A stretch of DNA of 64,000 nucleotides from a bacterium (GTDB lineage: Bacteria > RBG-13-61-14 > DATKZS01): assembly GCA_963674965.2 (NCBI GenBank), contig CAXXFL010000007.1, forward strand, positions 480,001-544,000. Direction: 5' to 3'. Below the pieces are notes generated by a model. That model was not told the DNA's origin. It was given only the letters and a program-made list of their open reading frames with translations, and searched no databases. Position 1 is the first letter of the stretch, and each line of letters begins with the position of its first letter. Shown here one piece after another: positions 1-10,572 of this stretch. Position numbers and translations under genes: made by a program.

Positions 1-199
1 TGCCGGTTCCGCGTTTTTTTTATGGATAGCCGGTGGAGGACGAAAAACGGCCGGTCCTCCCGGCGCGGGGCCAACGAGATTACCCGGCCTGGAATAATTC
101 GCGCCTTCTCTTGATATTTCAGGGCGTTCCTTATAATAATGTCATACCCGGCCCGATCGTTTTCAACGCGGCTCGGCAAATCCATACAAGGCGGAAATC

Positions 200-1153
200 A
201 TGGCGCATTCCGGATCCAAGGTAGTAATCTTCGCGGCCATAGCCGGCAACCTGGCTATCGCCATAACCAAGTTCGTGGCGGCGGCCATAACGGGCAGTTC
301 GGCCATGCTCTCGGAGGGCATCCACTCGGTGGTCGATACTGGCAATGGTCTATTGTTGTTGTTCGGCATTAGGCAGAGCCAGAAGCCGGCCAACGAGGAG
401 CACCCCTTTGGCCGGGGCCAGGAGTTATATTTCTGGACACTTATCGTGGCCATCATGATTTTCGCCATTGGCGGAGGCATATCCTTTTACGAGGGGGTCA
501 TGCACGTTTTGCATCCATCCGAGATTCAAAGCGTGATGATCAGTTACGTGGTGCTTGGTTTTTCCATCCTGTTCGAGGGCATATCCTGGACCGTGGCCCT
601 TATCGAATTCAGGAAACTCAAGGGGGACATGGGCTACCTCGAGGCGGTTCGGGCGAGCAAGGACCCGACGACCTTTGCCGTTTTCTTCGAGGACTCGGCC
701 GCCCTGCTCGGGCTTTTGGTGGCCCTCATCGGCATCTCGCTGGGGCACGCGCTCCACGAGCCACGTTTCGACGGGGCCGCCTCGATAGTTATCGGCCTCA
801 TCCTGGCGGGCGTGGCGACTCTTCTGGCCTACGAGACCAAGAGCCTGCTGATCGGCGAGGCCGCGGCCCCCCAGACCGAGGCCGACGTGCGCGCCATCAT
901 CGAGTCCGACGAGACGGTGGCCTGTTTCGTCAAGGCCCGCACCATGCACATGGGACCGAGCCAGGTGCTTCTTAACATGGACCTCCAGTTCCAGCCCCAC
1001 CTCACGGCCCAGGAGGTGGCCGACTCCATCGACCGCATCGAGAAAAAAATCCGGGAGAAACACCCCGAGATCGTTTACATCTACCTCGAGGCCAAGACCA
1101 TGAAGCCCGCGAAAAAGGCCGACTGCCGCGATGAACCAAGGAAAGGCTCCTAA
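200..1153 (+). CDS. Cation diffusion facilitator (CDF) family transporter
   Basis: SAMLSEGIHSVVD, HPFGRGQE and FEDSAALLG CDF motifs; several TM segments plus a C-terminal soluble domain. Confidence 0.93.
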   Translation: MAHSGSKVVIFAAIAGNLAIAITKFVAAAITGSSAMLSEGIHSVVDTGNGLLLLFGIRQSQKPANEEHPFGRGQELYFWTLIVAIMIFAIGGGISFYEGVMHVLHPSEIQSVMISYVVLGFSILFEGISWTVALIEFRKLKGDMGYLEAVRASKDPTTFAVFFEDSAALLGLLVALIGISLGHALHEPRFDGAASIVIGLILAGVATLLAYETKSLLIGEAAAPQTEADVRAIIESDETVACFVKARTMHMGPSQVLLNMDLQFQPHLTAQEVADSIDRIEKKIREKHPEIVYIYLEAKTMKPAKKADCRDEPRKGS

Positions 1154-1351
1154 TGGGAGAACTCCATCGAGGACGGCTGCATGGGGGCGGGCCTGGAAAT
1201 AAAACACGGGACGCCTGACGGCGAGACCCGCGAAATCCATCTCATCAGTTTCTTTTCCCATGACATGGATACCATTTTCAAGGTCGTCAAGGACGGCGTT
1301 GAGAGGTCTCGCCGGGATTAGTAATGGCGGGAACAAGGACTTTTGAACTCG

Positions 1352-2320
1352 TCATCGGGTATCCGGTTTTTCGGGTTTTTCCTTTATCTCTTTCATAAGC
1401 TTCCTGCTCAGGACGCTGGTGAAAAGCCTCGCTCCTTCCTCGTTAAGATGCTGGCCGTCCTTGAACATGTCATCGTCTAAGCCGTTATACTCCCTCATGT
1501 CAATGAGCGTAATCCCCTCACGTTCGAGAATATTTTCAAGTTCATCATCAAGTCGGTAGTCTTGCTTGACGGGCATGGCGACAAGGATCATTTTTATATC
1601 GTTTTCTTTCAATACTTGAATAAATTTCATCAGCCTGGAATAGGAATAATCCAAGGCGGGAGCGTCATCACTCTCGGGCGGCTCGTTCAAATCTCTTTGT
1701 TTTAACCGACCCTCCCGATAATTTGGAACGACCATATCGAGCGCTCTTCTATGGATGCTCTCATTATTGGCGTAGGAAAGTAACAACCAGGATAAAATAA
1801 ACTTTACTCTTTCGTCGAAAGACCTGACCTCGTCCCTCATGGCCTCGGGAACGTCCTCGATACTCACGTCCATCGATCCCAGATGCACGGCGCTGGCCGG
1901 CCTCGAGTCGGAAGCATAATCGTCCTCAAAACCCACGACCAAAACGTCCGGGACCCGGCCCGTCCAGATGAATTGTTTCTTGAACAAATAGTACCACTCC
2001 GCTATGGTAGTACCGTCGGGATTGACTTTTATCGCCCTGACTCGAGTACCGCCAGCTTTCGACGCTTCCTCGTTGAAAACGTCAAGGTCTACTCCGTCGT
2101 GGATCATCGAGTTCCCAAGGAAAACCAGTTTTATCCCGTCAAAACTCGCGAGGCGCCGCGATTCCTCCGGTATCGCTTTAATGTTCCTGATATCCCCGGA
2201 AAGCCTATCCTGATAGAAAAAAATGAACAACTCCACTAAGATAAGCTCCAACGCGAGAATGGCCGCGATTTTCCTCTCGGAGCTAAAACTGGAAATAGAT
2301 AAACTCAACGTTTCCTCCAT
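1352..2320 (-). CDS. SGNH/GDSL-like (DltD/AlgJ-like) acyltransferase partner, N-terminally anchored
   Basis: FLGNSM block I and DGQHLN (DxxH) motifs; N-terminal TM; directly follows the MBOAT gene; start uncertain because it overlaps the MBOAT stop. Confidence 0.7.
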   Translation of the reverse strand: MEETLSLSISSFSSERKIAAILALELILVELFIFFYQDRLSGDIRNIKAIPEESRRLASFDGIKLVFLGNSMIHDGVDLDVFNEEASKAGGTRVRAIKVNPDGTTIAEWYYLFKKQFIWTGRVPDVLVVGFEDDYASDSRPASAVHLGSMDVSIEDVPEAMRDEVRSFDERVKFILSWLLLSYANNESIHRRALDMVVPNYREGRLKQRDLNEPPESDDAPALDYSYSRLMKFIQVLKENDIKMILVAMPVKQDYRLDDELENILEREGITLIDMREYNGLDDDMFKDGQHLNEEGARLFTSVLSRKLMKEIKEKPEKPDTR

Positions 2321-3701
2321 AATGGAAAAAATACATCATGTTGGCGCAATAAATATATACGACGGCCAGCCATATCCAGCTTGACTTAAGGGGCCTTTCC
2401 ATGTCGCCTCCCCGGTAAAGCCAGGTCTCGAACGCCATGAATGGAGCCAGAAAAAATATCATCATGCCCATCATATACCAAGAATAATCAGTCATATGAA
2501 AATCGAAGACCAAAAGTCCCAGCATATCCACGGCCTGAGCGAAATTCTCGGCCCGGAAAAATAGCCATCCGAGCGCGGCCAGATGGAACATGACTATTAT
2601 TTTCACGATACCGGCGGCGCTAAGGATCCTGGTATCAGACCTGAGAACTCCCATCTTTTCCAAAGCCCGGTTCGCCGCCAGCAGAAGTCCATGATAGAAG
2701 CCCCAGAACACGAAGGTCCAGGCGGCCCCGTGCCAAAGGCCGCACAGGGCCATGGTGACGAGGAGGTTGCGATAAGTGGCCGCCCGGCCGCCCCTGTTGC
2801 CGCCGAGGGGGATGTAAAGGTAGTCCCGGAACCACTCCGAGAGGCTGACGTGCCAGCGCCGCCAGAACTCGCTCGGGTCCTTGGAGAAATAGGGCAACCT
2901 GAAGTTGTACATCAGGTCCACCCCCATCCACCGCGAGATACCCTGGGCGATGGAGGAATAACCGGAAAAGTCGCAATAAATCTGGAAGCTGAAACAGTAG
3001 ACCCCCAGGAGGACCTCCGCACCCGTCAGATCGGCGTTGTGGGGCGAAAAGACGGAGTCGACGATGGGGGCCATATTGTCGGCGATCACGATCTTTCGGA
3101 AAAGGCCGGTAACGACGTGGTAAAGACCGATCCGGAAATCGTCGCTTCTCGGAGGTCTGATTTTCGCCAACTGGGGCATGAGACGGTTATAACGCTCGAT
3201 CGGACCGGCCACGAGCTGGGGAAAGAAGCTGACGAACAAGGCGAAGTCAACCAGGCTTTCCGCCGGGATGGAATTTTTCTTATACACGTCTATCGTGTAG
3301 GACATGGATTGAAAGGTGTAAAAACTTATGCCCACCGGCAAGGCGACCTTTAATACCGGAGCGCCAATATGGAGACCGACCCCATTCAACAACTCCACCA
3401 GTTCTCCCGTGAAAAAACCGTAATACTTGAAAACGCCCAGAATGACCAGATTGACCGTGACCGCGCCCGCTAGCAGTCCTTTTCTCACGCCGGGGCTGGC
3501 CGAGGCGTGAATCCTGGCGGCCGCGACGTAGTTGGCGAGAGTTATTATAAGGATGAGGGCGAGATAGCGCCAGTCCCAGGAGCCGTAAAAATAATAGCTC
3601 GCCAGGAGAAGCATCCGTTTCTTCCACTCGCCGGGCAAAAGGCGGTGAAGAACTATTACCACCGGAAAAAATATCCAGAAAGAATACTGATTGAAAAGCA
3701 T
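2283..3701 (-). CDS. MBOAT family O-acyltransferase (AlgI/DltB-like)
   Basis: LPVGISFYTFQ, FFPQLVAGPIER, EFWRRWHVSLS and GLWHGAAW motifs; ends FIYFQF. Confidence 0.95.
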   Translation of the reverse strand: MLFNQYSFWIFFPVVIVLHRLLPGEWKKRMLLLASYYFYGSWDWRYLALILIITLANYVAAARIHASASPGVRKGLLAGAVTVNLVILGVFKYYGFFTGELVELLNGVGLHIGAPVLKVALPVGISFYTFQSMSYTIDVYKKNSIPAESLVDFALFVSFFPQLVAGPIERYNRLMPQLAKIRPPRSDDFRIGLYHVVTGLFRKIVIADNMAPIVDSVFSPHNADLTGAEVLLGVYCFSFQIYCDFSGYSSIAQGISRWMGVDLMYNFRLPYFSKDPSEFWRRWHVSLSEWFRDYLYIPLGGNRGGRAATYRNLLVTMALCGLWHGAAWTFVFWGFYHGLLLAANRALEKMGVLRSDTRILSAAGIVKIIVMFHLAALGWLFFRAENFAQAVDMLGLLVFDFHMTDYSWYMMGMMIFFLAPFMAFETWLYRGGDMERPLKSSWIWLAVVYIYCANMMYFFHYGGNVEFIYFQF

Positions 3702-3864
3702 AATTTACACCGAAGGTGGAGTTTAAAGCCAAGGTGCAATTAAATCACATTATGGCCGCCAAGGAAAACTCCGCGCTAATTCTTAAAGTTGAAAGCCATT
3801 CATGGCGTCCAGGAAGATAGGGGGACACTCGTTTCTAAAACTGAAAATTTACATGGCAATGCTA

Positions 3865-3892
3865 TTGACATTGAATTCGACGCGCATATAAT
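3865..3892 (+). promoter_or_regulatory. Sigma-70 consensus promoter
   Basis: TTGACA-16 nt-TATAAT in the intergenic region, facing the 4183 gene. Confidence 0.6.
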
Positions 3893-4182
3893 GTTGTCAT
3901 TTAATTCAACTCTCCAATCGGGAGATACTTAATATCCGGATGGTAGAAGAGAAAGAAAACGTCAAATTACGCCAAGGTAAAATCTGGCGGGCGCGGCTCA
4001 GCTTGATCGGATACAATATATCTCTTTGTTAATACCCGTTGACTTTGCGGTTAGATCTCGCGGCCCAACGTCAGTGAAAGGAGGTGAATTATATCGGCGC
4101 TCAGGCGGGGAAGACCCAATTTATTCAGGCCGGCTCTTCCCCTAGGAAAAAAACCCAGCACTTATTTAAAAGGAGAAACACC

Positions 4183-4653
4183 ATGGGAATTATTGATGAT
4201 TTGAGAAATGAAATTATCGGCTACGTAGATGACGAGGAAAGGTTCGAGATCAAGATTGAGAACTTTACTTACAGCGGGCCTCATTTAAGCGAAACGAACG
4301 AGCGATTCAATTTCATGCTAAAGGTATATAATAAGGGGCCTCTCGATATGAAAAACGTCAAAATGCGAATAGAGGCAGTCGAAGGGCACGTAAGAATAGG
4401 AATCGGCCCGGCTGAGGCGAGTTATCAATACGCGTACGTCACGAGAGCTTTTAATCTCGACGCCTATCAGCATCAATACATCCTGTTTTTCGGAGTGGCC
4501 GTAAAGGCGACGATAAAAGAAGGCTCCAGAGCCACGGAGAAGCAGGACATCATGAAGGTTAAAGTCCATTCATGGGACGCGAGCCTGGCGTACATCCTAA
4601 ACGATTGCTCTTCATCGAGCCACGCGATTCCATACGCCGAGGAAATTACCTGA
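4183..4653 (+). CDS. Hypothetical protein, possible Ig-like beta-sandwich
   Basis: AGGAG RBS before ATG 4183; beta-strand-rich pattern FNFMLKVYNKGPLDMKNVKMRI; lower GC than neighbours. Confidence 0.65.
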   Translation: MGIIDDLRNEIIGYVDDEERFEIKIENFTYSGPHLSETNERFNFMLKVYNKGPLDMKNVKMRIEAVEGHVRIGIGPAEASYQYAYVTRAFNLDAYQHQYILFFGVAVKATIKEGSRATEKQDIMKVKVHSWDASLAYILNDCSSSSHAIPYAEEIT

Positions 4654-4875
4654 TCAGTATCCAATCGCAAGCCGCCCTGGCAAGGCCCCATGGCCCAAAT
4701 CAAGCTCAGCCTGGGCGGCTTTGCTTTAGCATTACAAATTGATTACAACAATGACGGGCGCGTAGAGATTAAATACTTCACCTGAAATCACCTTCAATAT
4801 AGCTTGCATTCCGCTCCATTTCATTCTCTTTTGCGGCCGGCTCCCTTTTCAGGCTCCCCGCCGGCGGGCCTTGAT

Positions 4876-6222
4876 TCATCCCTTCAGCTTTATCACCGAG
4901 CACGCGGGGTAGGGAGGCTTGGGCAAGGCAATAATTGTCTTTCCTTTTTCCTCGCGGACCAGGAGGGGCGCGGCCCCGGTGGGATTGAGAAGATAGGCCT
5001 TGTAAGAGGAAGCATCCAAGCCCTCGACCACCAGTTCTCCCTCCGGCCAGTCGAAAACGAGGAGGTAAACGTCCGACCCCTTGCGGGTGGTCCGGCCCCA
5101 GGGAGCGTCCTGGATGGGACCGGCCTGGGACCCGTATATGGCCTCGCCGTTTACCCGCGTCCACTCCCCCACCTCGATAAGGCGGGAGACGCTGGGCTCG
5201 GGTATGACCCCCTCCGGCGTGGGCCCCACGTTGAGCAGGAAGTTGCCTCCCTTCGAGCATATGTCGCACAGCTTGCGGATGAGGTCCGAGGTCGGCTTCC
5301 AGTCGTGATCGAAGCTTTTATATCCCCATGACGTGTTCATGGTCATACAGGTTTCCCAGTCGCAATTGGGAAGCTCGTCGGGTATGACCTGCTCGGGAGT
5401 GGCGTAGTCGCCCACCTCCGGCCTGACGATGGGATGAGGAGTGCCCGTCAATACGGACAGGTTGTCCTTGAACTTCCTCTTGTCCAGCCGGTTGTTGATC
5501 ACGACCCCCGGCTGAAAGCGGCGGCAAAGGGTCTCCACCTCGAGGCCCCACTCTTTACTCCACTGGGGCATCCAGTCGCCGTCAAAAAAGAGCGAGCAAA
5601 TGGGGCCGTAATTGGTCAAAAGCTCCTCGATCTGGCCCTTCATGTATCCCATGTACTTTTTGAAATCGGGCGTGTAATAAAGGTAATAAGGATACCTGGA
5701 GCGGCTCCAGTCAAGCTGGGAATAGTAAAGGCCGAACCTTACTCCCTCCTCGGCGCAGGCGCATGCCAGCTCGCCGATCACGTCCCGCTTAAAGGGCGTC
5801 GCGTCCATTATATCGTAGCTTGTCAGACTCGAGTCGAACATGCAAAAGCCGTCATGGTGCTTGCCGGTGATGACCATGTACTTCATGCCCGCTTGCCTGG
5901 CCAGCCTGGCCCAGGCGCGGGCGTCGAACTCGACGGGGTTGAACCGGCCGGCCAGCCTGGCGTACTCTTTTTTGGGTATCTGCTTGTCGAACTGAATCCA
6001 CTCGGCGGGAAAAGTGGTGGACTTCATTCCCCTCCACTCGCCTCCCAGCACGGAGTAAATTCCCCAGTGGATGAACATGCCGAAGCGGGCCTCCCTCCAC
6101 CAGGCCATCCTGGCCTCGAACTCCTCGTCGCTCTCGGAGGGAAGCCTCGCGACCAAAGTCCCCGGCGCCGCCAGGGCCGCCGAGCCGGCGGCCGCCGTCT
6201 TCACGAACTCTCTTCTGTCCAT
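4876..6222 (-). CDS. Alpha-L-fucosidase (GH29), Tat-exported
   Basis: DRREFVK twin-arginine signal; WWREARFGMFIHWG, KHHDGF, WETCMTMN and GGNFLLNVGP motifs. Confidence 0.93.
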   Translation of the reverse strand: MDRREFVKTAAAGSAALAAPGTLVARLPSESDEEFEARMAWWREARFGMFIHWGIYSVLGGEWRGMKSTTFPAEWIQFDKQIPKKEYARLAGRFNPVEFDARAWARLARQAGMKYMVITGKHHDGFCMFDSSLTSYDIMDATPFKRDVIGELACACAEEGVRFGLYYSQLDWSRSRYPYYLYYTPDFKKYMGYMKGQIEELLTNYGPICSLFFDGDWMPQWSKEWGLEVETLCRRFQPGVVINNRLDKRKFKDNLSVLTGTPHPIVRPEVGDYATPEQVIPDELPNCDWETCMTMNTSWGYKSFDHDWKPTSDLIRKLCDICSKGGNFLLNVGPTPEGVIPEPSVSRLIEVGEWTRVNGEAIYGSQAGPIQDAPWGRTTRKGSDVYLLVFDWPEGELVVEGLDASSYKAYLLNPTGAAPLLVREEKGKTIIALPKPPYPACSVIKLKG

Positions 6223-6239
6223 ATCCGCTCGCCTTTCCC

Positions 6240-6770
6240 TTATACTCTTGCTATTTTCCCTATCTCCTGTAGCGAGAGCGCGAAAATCTGCTTGTCCGCC
6301 ACGTCTTTTCCTTCCCGGTAGGTCCGGGCCATGGCCGCGTAAACGAGGGCGTTGTTCACTATCCGCTCGGTCTGTCCGGGCCCGGCCGGCTTGATCCTGG
6401 CCGGAACGCCCATGACCACCGACCCCGGCGGGACCCTCGTCCTCTCAAGCACCACCGCCCCGGCCGCCACGATGCTGCCCTCCCCTATCACCGCCATCTC
6501 CTGGATAACCGCCCCTATCCCGATAATGCACCTGTCCTCCACGATGGCCCCGTCGAGCACCGCGTTATGGGCGATGGTGACGAAGTCTCCCACCTGGGCC
6601 GCGTGGAGAGTCGAGTTGTCCTGGACGCAGGTGAAACGGCCCACCCGGGCCGGCGCGAAGTCCCCCCTTATTACCGAGCCGGGCCAGAGGCTCGAGTGCT
6701 CTCCCACCTCCACGTCGCCGTACTGCACGGACGAGGGGTCGCGAAAAACCGAGTCCGCTATTTTAACCAT
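6240..6770 (-). CDS. Gamma-carbonic anhydrase-like hexapeptide repeat protein
   Basis: VIRGD, VQDNSTLH, VTIAHNA and GVPAR motifs. Confidence 0.88.
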   Translation of the reverse strand: MVKIADSVFRDPSSVQYGDVEVGEHSSLWPGSVIRGDFAPARVGRFTCVQDNSTLHAAQVGDFVTIAHNAVLDGAIVEDRCIIGIGAVIQEMAVIGEGSIVAAGAVVLERTRVPPGSVVMGVPARIKPAGPGQTERIVNNALVYAAMARTYREGKDVADKQIFALSLQEIGKIARV

Positions 6771-6862
6771 CTCCCTTTCCTCCCCGGGGCGGCCCTTACG
6801 ACAAGGCCGGAACTGAATGCACAGTCTACAGGAACAAGGAGGGCCGTATCAAGGCAATGCCA

Positions 6863-7456
6863 CTAAAATGAAGAACCAGGGAGTTTGAGGAATTCTATCT
6901 CCTCGGGCGTGGACTCCCTGCCCAGGACCGAGTTGCGGTGGGGAAAACGCCCGAACCTCTCGATGATGGCCCGGTGCCGCTCGGCGTAATCGAGGAAAAC
7001 AAGGAAAGTTTCCCGGCGCTTATCCGGCGCGTCGCCCGCCAGGGCCGTAAAGAGCTTGACCGACCGCTCCTGCGTTTCCATGTCCTCCGAGTGCTCGAGG
7101 GGAAGGTAGACGAAGGTCCTGGCCATGGGCGGAAGCTCGTGGTCGAAGCCCTTTTCAAGCGCGTGAAACGCGGCGGCCAGTGCCCTCGCGTCCTGGGCGA
7201 AGGCCTCGGGTGAATCGCGGTAAATGTTCCTTGTAAACTGGTCCAGAAGCAGGATCAAAGCCAGGCATGGCCGCGCCGAATCCATCCACTGGTCGCGCTC
7301 GCCCCGAGCCGCGGCCTCCACGTCGCGCTCGAACCTTTCCTTTATATAGGCGTCGGTCTCGGGTTTTTTATGGAACCATATATCGAGGCGGGGCTCGATA
7401 TCTTCCCGATCCAGGTCCTGGAACCAGTATTCGAGAATCTCCTCGTGCCCGCTCAA
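6863..7456 (-). CDS. DUF924 family protein
   Basis: LLDQFTRNIYR, YLPLEHSED and RFGRFPHRN..LGREST motifs. Confidence 0.92.
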   Translation of the reverse strand: MSGHEEILEYWFQDLDREDIEPRLDIWFHKKPETDAYIKERFERDVEAAARGERDQWMDSARPCLALILLLDQFTRNIYRDSPEAFAQDARALAAAFHALEKGFDHELPPMARTFVYLPLEHSEDMETQERSVKLFTALAGDAPDKRRETFLVFLDYAERHRAIIERFGRFPHRNSVLGRESTPEEIEFLKLPGSSF

Positions 7457-7485
7457 GGCGGCTGCCCCCGTTCCAAGTTCCCGGG

Positions 7486-8283
7486 CTAGAGGTCGAACTT
7501 CTTGGCCCGGAAGGCGGCCAGGAGGTCGGCGCAGAAATTATCGTTTCCGGCCAAGGCGTTGGCCACGATGATATTGGCCATCATCCTTTTATCCAGGGGA
7601 TTGATTATGGCCCCGTCCAGTCCTCTGGCTATGGCCATGGCCATAAATATCTGGTTTATCAGCTTGCGCTCGGGCAGGCCGAAGGACACGTTCGACAATC
7701 CGCAAAGGGTATGCACTCCCGGGAACTTGTCCATGATCCGCTCGACCGCCTCCAGGAACTCGACCGCGTACCGGTCATTGGTACCAAGCGGCTGGACCAG
7801 CGGGTCCACGTGGATGTTCTCCACCTTCACGCCGTTCTCGAGCAGCTTTCCCACCAGCCGCTCGGCTATGTCCACCCGGGCGTCGGCCGTTTCCGGCATG
7901 CCATCGTCGCTCATGCAAAGGGCCACCACTTTCAGGTCCGAGTCCTTAAGTATCGGGATTAGCTTTTCGTAACGGTCCTTTTCCAGGGAGATCGAGTTGA
8001 TGACGGGAGTTCCCTTGTGGACGGCCAGGGCCGTCTCGATGGCCGCCGGATTGGGACTGTCTATGCAACACGGAGCGTCCGTCGCTTCCTGTACTAATTT
8101 TACCAGCCACTTCAGGTACTCCGTTTCCTTCTCCACGAAAACCCCGGCGTTGACGTCAATAAAGTCGGCGCCGGCTTCCCTTTGGTCTATGGCCAACTGT
8201 TTTATGGCGTCCGCGTCTCCCGCCTCGATGGCCTGACCTACCGCTTTTCTGCTGGCGTTTATAAGCTCTCCTACAATAATCAT
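7486..8283 (-). CDS. Methyltetrahydrofolate:corrinoid methyltransferase (AcsE-like, pterin-binding domain)
   Basis: MIIVGELINASRK start with GGAGG RBS; IDVNAG, IDSPNP, INSIS and GLSNVSFGLP motifs. Confidence 0.9.
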   Translation of the reverse strand: MIIVGELINASRKAVGQAIEAGDADAIKQLAIDQREAGADFIDVNAGVFVEKETEYLKWLVKLVQEATDAPCCIDSPNPAAIETALAVHKGTPVINSISLEKDRYEKLIPILKDSDLKVVALCMSDDGMPETADARVDIAERLVGKLLENGVKVENIHVDPLVQPLGTNDRYAVEFLEAVERIMDKFPGVHTLCGLSNVSFGLPERKLINQIFMAMAIARGLDGAIINPLDKRMMANIIVANALAGNDNFCADLLAAFRAKKFDL

Positions 8284-8614
8284 GATCCCTCCGGTTTTTT
8301 CATTTCGCTCTCTTTCCTCACCATGGCGTCCGGCCCAGGCCATGACGCTCCCTTTCCCGTCCGCCTGACGGGGCCATCATACTAATGAAACCTTCTCGAT
8401 TCAAATCGGAAGGGGCCAAGGATCGCATAAGCGCGCTTTAAGCGCGTCAAATTGCCCTTATAGTATGCAAAATACCCGAGCATATTTATTTTAGCGCGGT
8501 TTCAAGAGCGCTGTTTTCCATATCCGGCCGGACTCCGGTTGACTCCAATTTGTAATTGTCCGTTTCTTAAACCATTTTTTCAAACCCATTCCGCTTGAAA
8601 CAACCTGCAACATA

Positions 8615-8630
8615 AGGCACGCATATTGCT
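8615..8630 (+). promoter_or_regulatory. Sigma-54 (-24/-12) promoter
   Basis: AGGCACGCATATTGCT matches TGGCACG-N4-TTGCW upstream of the kinase gene. Confidence 0.6.
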
Positions 8631-8650
8631 TAACAAGTATTACGAGTCGG

Positions 8651-10504
8651 GTGGGTATTTCAGCAAATCTTCTTAAAATTGCCAAACCCATCAATTTGGG
8701 CGGTAAAAGGATCAGTAAAATGTCGGGCCAGGAAGAAAGAATTTGGGCGGAACGCGATCTGGTAAAATGCAAGCCGATCGAGTTCATTCCTTTGAAAGAC
8801 CTCATCGCCCGGAGCGAGGAATGGCTTATGCACCGAATCCTTTCCTACGCCAAGGAAAGAGGTTACGTCAAGTATACGTCAACCCTGGCCGAGGCCTGGA
8901 GGATGTCCATTTCCGGCATCAGTTCCTCTCTCATAGGCGCGCTCGAGATAGCGGAGTATTATCCCGAGTTGGCTCCCGACGAGGATTACGAGGAAGACCC
9001 CATTGCAAGTTTCGGTATTGTCGAGGCCAGGCGACACAGGGCGCGCGGCGTGACCCTGGGAATGTACCTGGGCCTTATGAAATATTACCGCCAGAGCTAC
9101 ATGGACCTCATCAGGCAGGCCGACTTCGACAAAGACGCGGAGGAGCACTGCAGGCTTTTCGTCAATCGTTTCTTCGACCGCGTCGAGTTGGGCTTTACCA
9201 CCGAGTGGTCGTCAATGGACGAGAACGAAAAACTCGATGAACTTAAATCCTCAAACCGGTCCATGACCAACGAAAAGAATAAATACCTGACTATTTTCGA
9301 AAGCATACAAGACCCGGCGATCCTGCTTGACAAGCAAAGCAGAATCGAGAATATAAACCACGCGGCGGCAAAAGTTTTTTTCGGCATCGATGCCCCTGGT
9401 AAGGTCTACTACAACCTGTCCCCTACCGAGCGTGCCCTCCCATGGCTGGCGGAAAAGATCGATTTTTTCACGAGGGGAAAAACATCGGAAATAACCTTCG
9501 AGACCACCGTGCCCATAAACGGCCGCGAAAGGCAATTCGTGGTCAAGCTGCAAAAAATGCTCGACGTCAGCGAAAAGTTCGCGGGAACCATGGTCATTTT
9601 CCACGACGTCACGGAACTTAAGGAAACCCAGGCCAGCCTGATTAGACATCGGGACGACCTGATGAGGACCTTGACCGAGCTCAAGATCACCCAGAGCCAG
9701 ATGGTCCAGAACTCGAAACTGGCTTCCCTTGGCAGACTCGCCGGGGGCGTGGCTCACGAGATCAACAACCCCCTGGCTTACGCTTATGGAAACGTTCAGC
9801 TTCTGGAAAAACAACTGGACGACCTGACCGAGTTGCTTAAGGCCTACGCGGAGCTGCAAAACGAGGTGGAAAAGGAGGCGGCCGACCCGGAAAGAGCGCT
9901 GGAACTGGCCGAAAAAGCTAGTAAGCTATTTGAAAAAATTAATAAAAACTTTAACATGGAAGAACTTCCCGATCTTATAAAGGACACCCTGGACGGGCTT
10001 ACGCGCATAAAAAATATCGTCAAGGCCCTTAAGGATTTCGCATCCCCCGGCTCCGGAGAAAAGGTCCTATGCGACCTCAACCAGTGCGTGGGCGCAACCT
10101 TGAAACTCGTCTCCTCGGCCGTTGGGAAAAAAGCCCGCGTTATTACCAACCTCGAGGAAATTCCGCCCATTATGTGTATCTCCCAGGAGCTTAACGAGGC
10201 CCTGGTAAACATGATAATAAACGCGTCTCAGGCCATGGATAAAATGGGCTTTATCGAAATTACGACCGCCTTTAAAGATCCCAACGTCGTCCTCAAAATC
10301 AAGGACGCGGGTCATGGCATACCCCGGGACATTATTGACAGGATTTTCGATCCCTTTTTCACCACCCGGGCCGTGGGGGAAGGCATGGGCCTGGGCCTGT
10401 CCATCACCTACGGAATAGTCAGAAACCATGGAGGAACCATCGAGGTCGAAAGCGAACCTGGATTGGGAACGACCTTTACCGTCAAGCTGCCAGTTCCCGC
10501 CTAG
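8651..10504 (+). CDS. PAS-domain sensor histidine kinase with a soluble N-terminal helical domain
   Basis: GVAHEINNPL H-box, DAGHGI, FDPFFTT and GMGLGLS; true start may be downstream (MSGQEE). Confidence 0.92.
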   Translation: MGISANLLKIAKPINLGGKRISKMSGQEERIWAERDLVKCKPIEFIPLKDLIARSEEWLMHRILSYAKERGYVKYTSTLAEAWRMSISGISSSLIGALEIAEYYPELAPDEDYEEDPIASFGIVEARRHRARGVTLGMYLGLMKYYRQSYMDLIRQADFDKDAEEHCRLFVNRFFDRVELGFTTEWSSMDENEKLDELKSSNRSMTNEKNKYLTIFESIQDPAILLDKQSRIENINHAAAKVFFGIDAPGKVYYNLSPTERALPWLAEKIDFFTRGKTSEITFETTVPINGRERQFVVKLQKMLDVSEKFAGTMVIFHDVTELKETQASLIRHRDDLMRTLTELKITQSQMVQNSKLASLGRLAGGVAHEINNPLAYAYGNVQLLEKQLDDLTELLKAYAELQNEVEKEAADPERALELAEKASKLFEKINKNFNMEELPDLIKDTLDGLTRIKNIVKALKDFASPGSGEKVLCDLNQCVGATLKLVSSAVGKKARVITNLEEIPPIMCISQELNEALVNMIINASQAMDKMGFIEITTAFKDPNVVLKIKDAGHGIPRDIIDRIFDPFFTTRAVGEGMGLGLSITYGIVRNHGGTIEVESEPGLGTTFTVKLPVPA

Positions 10505-10572
10505 AGCCTCGCCCGACTGGCCAGGCCAGGGCAAACCCGGCTTTAACAACGCCGCCGCTAAGCGGACTAATC

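Noticed and set aside
3820-3830. GGGGACAC here and GGGACACC at 38844 as junction motifs
   Set aside because: Both lack the AGATC prefix and ACTTAA suffix and may be chance matches.
10529-10560. GGCAAACC as a c-di-GMP-I riboswitch
   Set aside because: The GAAA-loop stem and downstream GCAAAG elements are missing, and it sits just after a stop codon.
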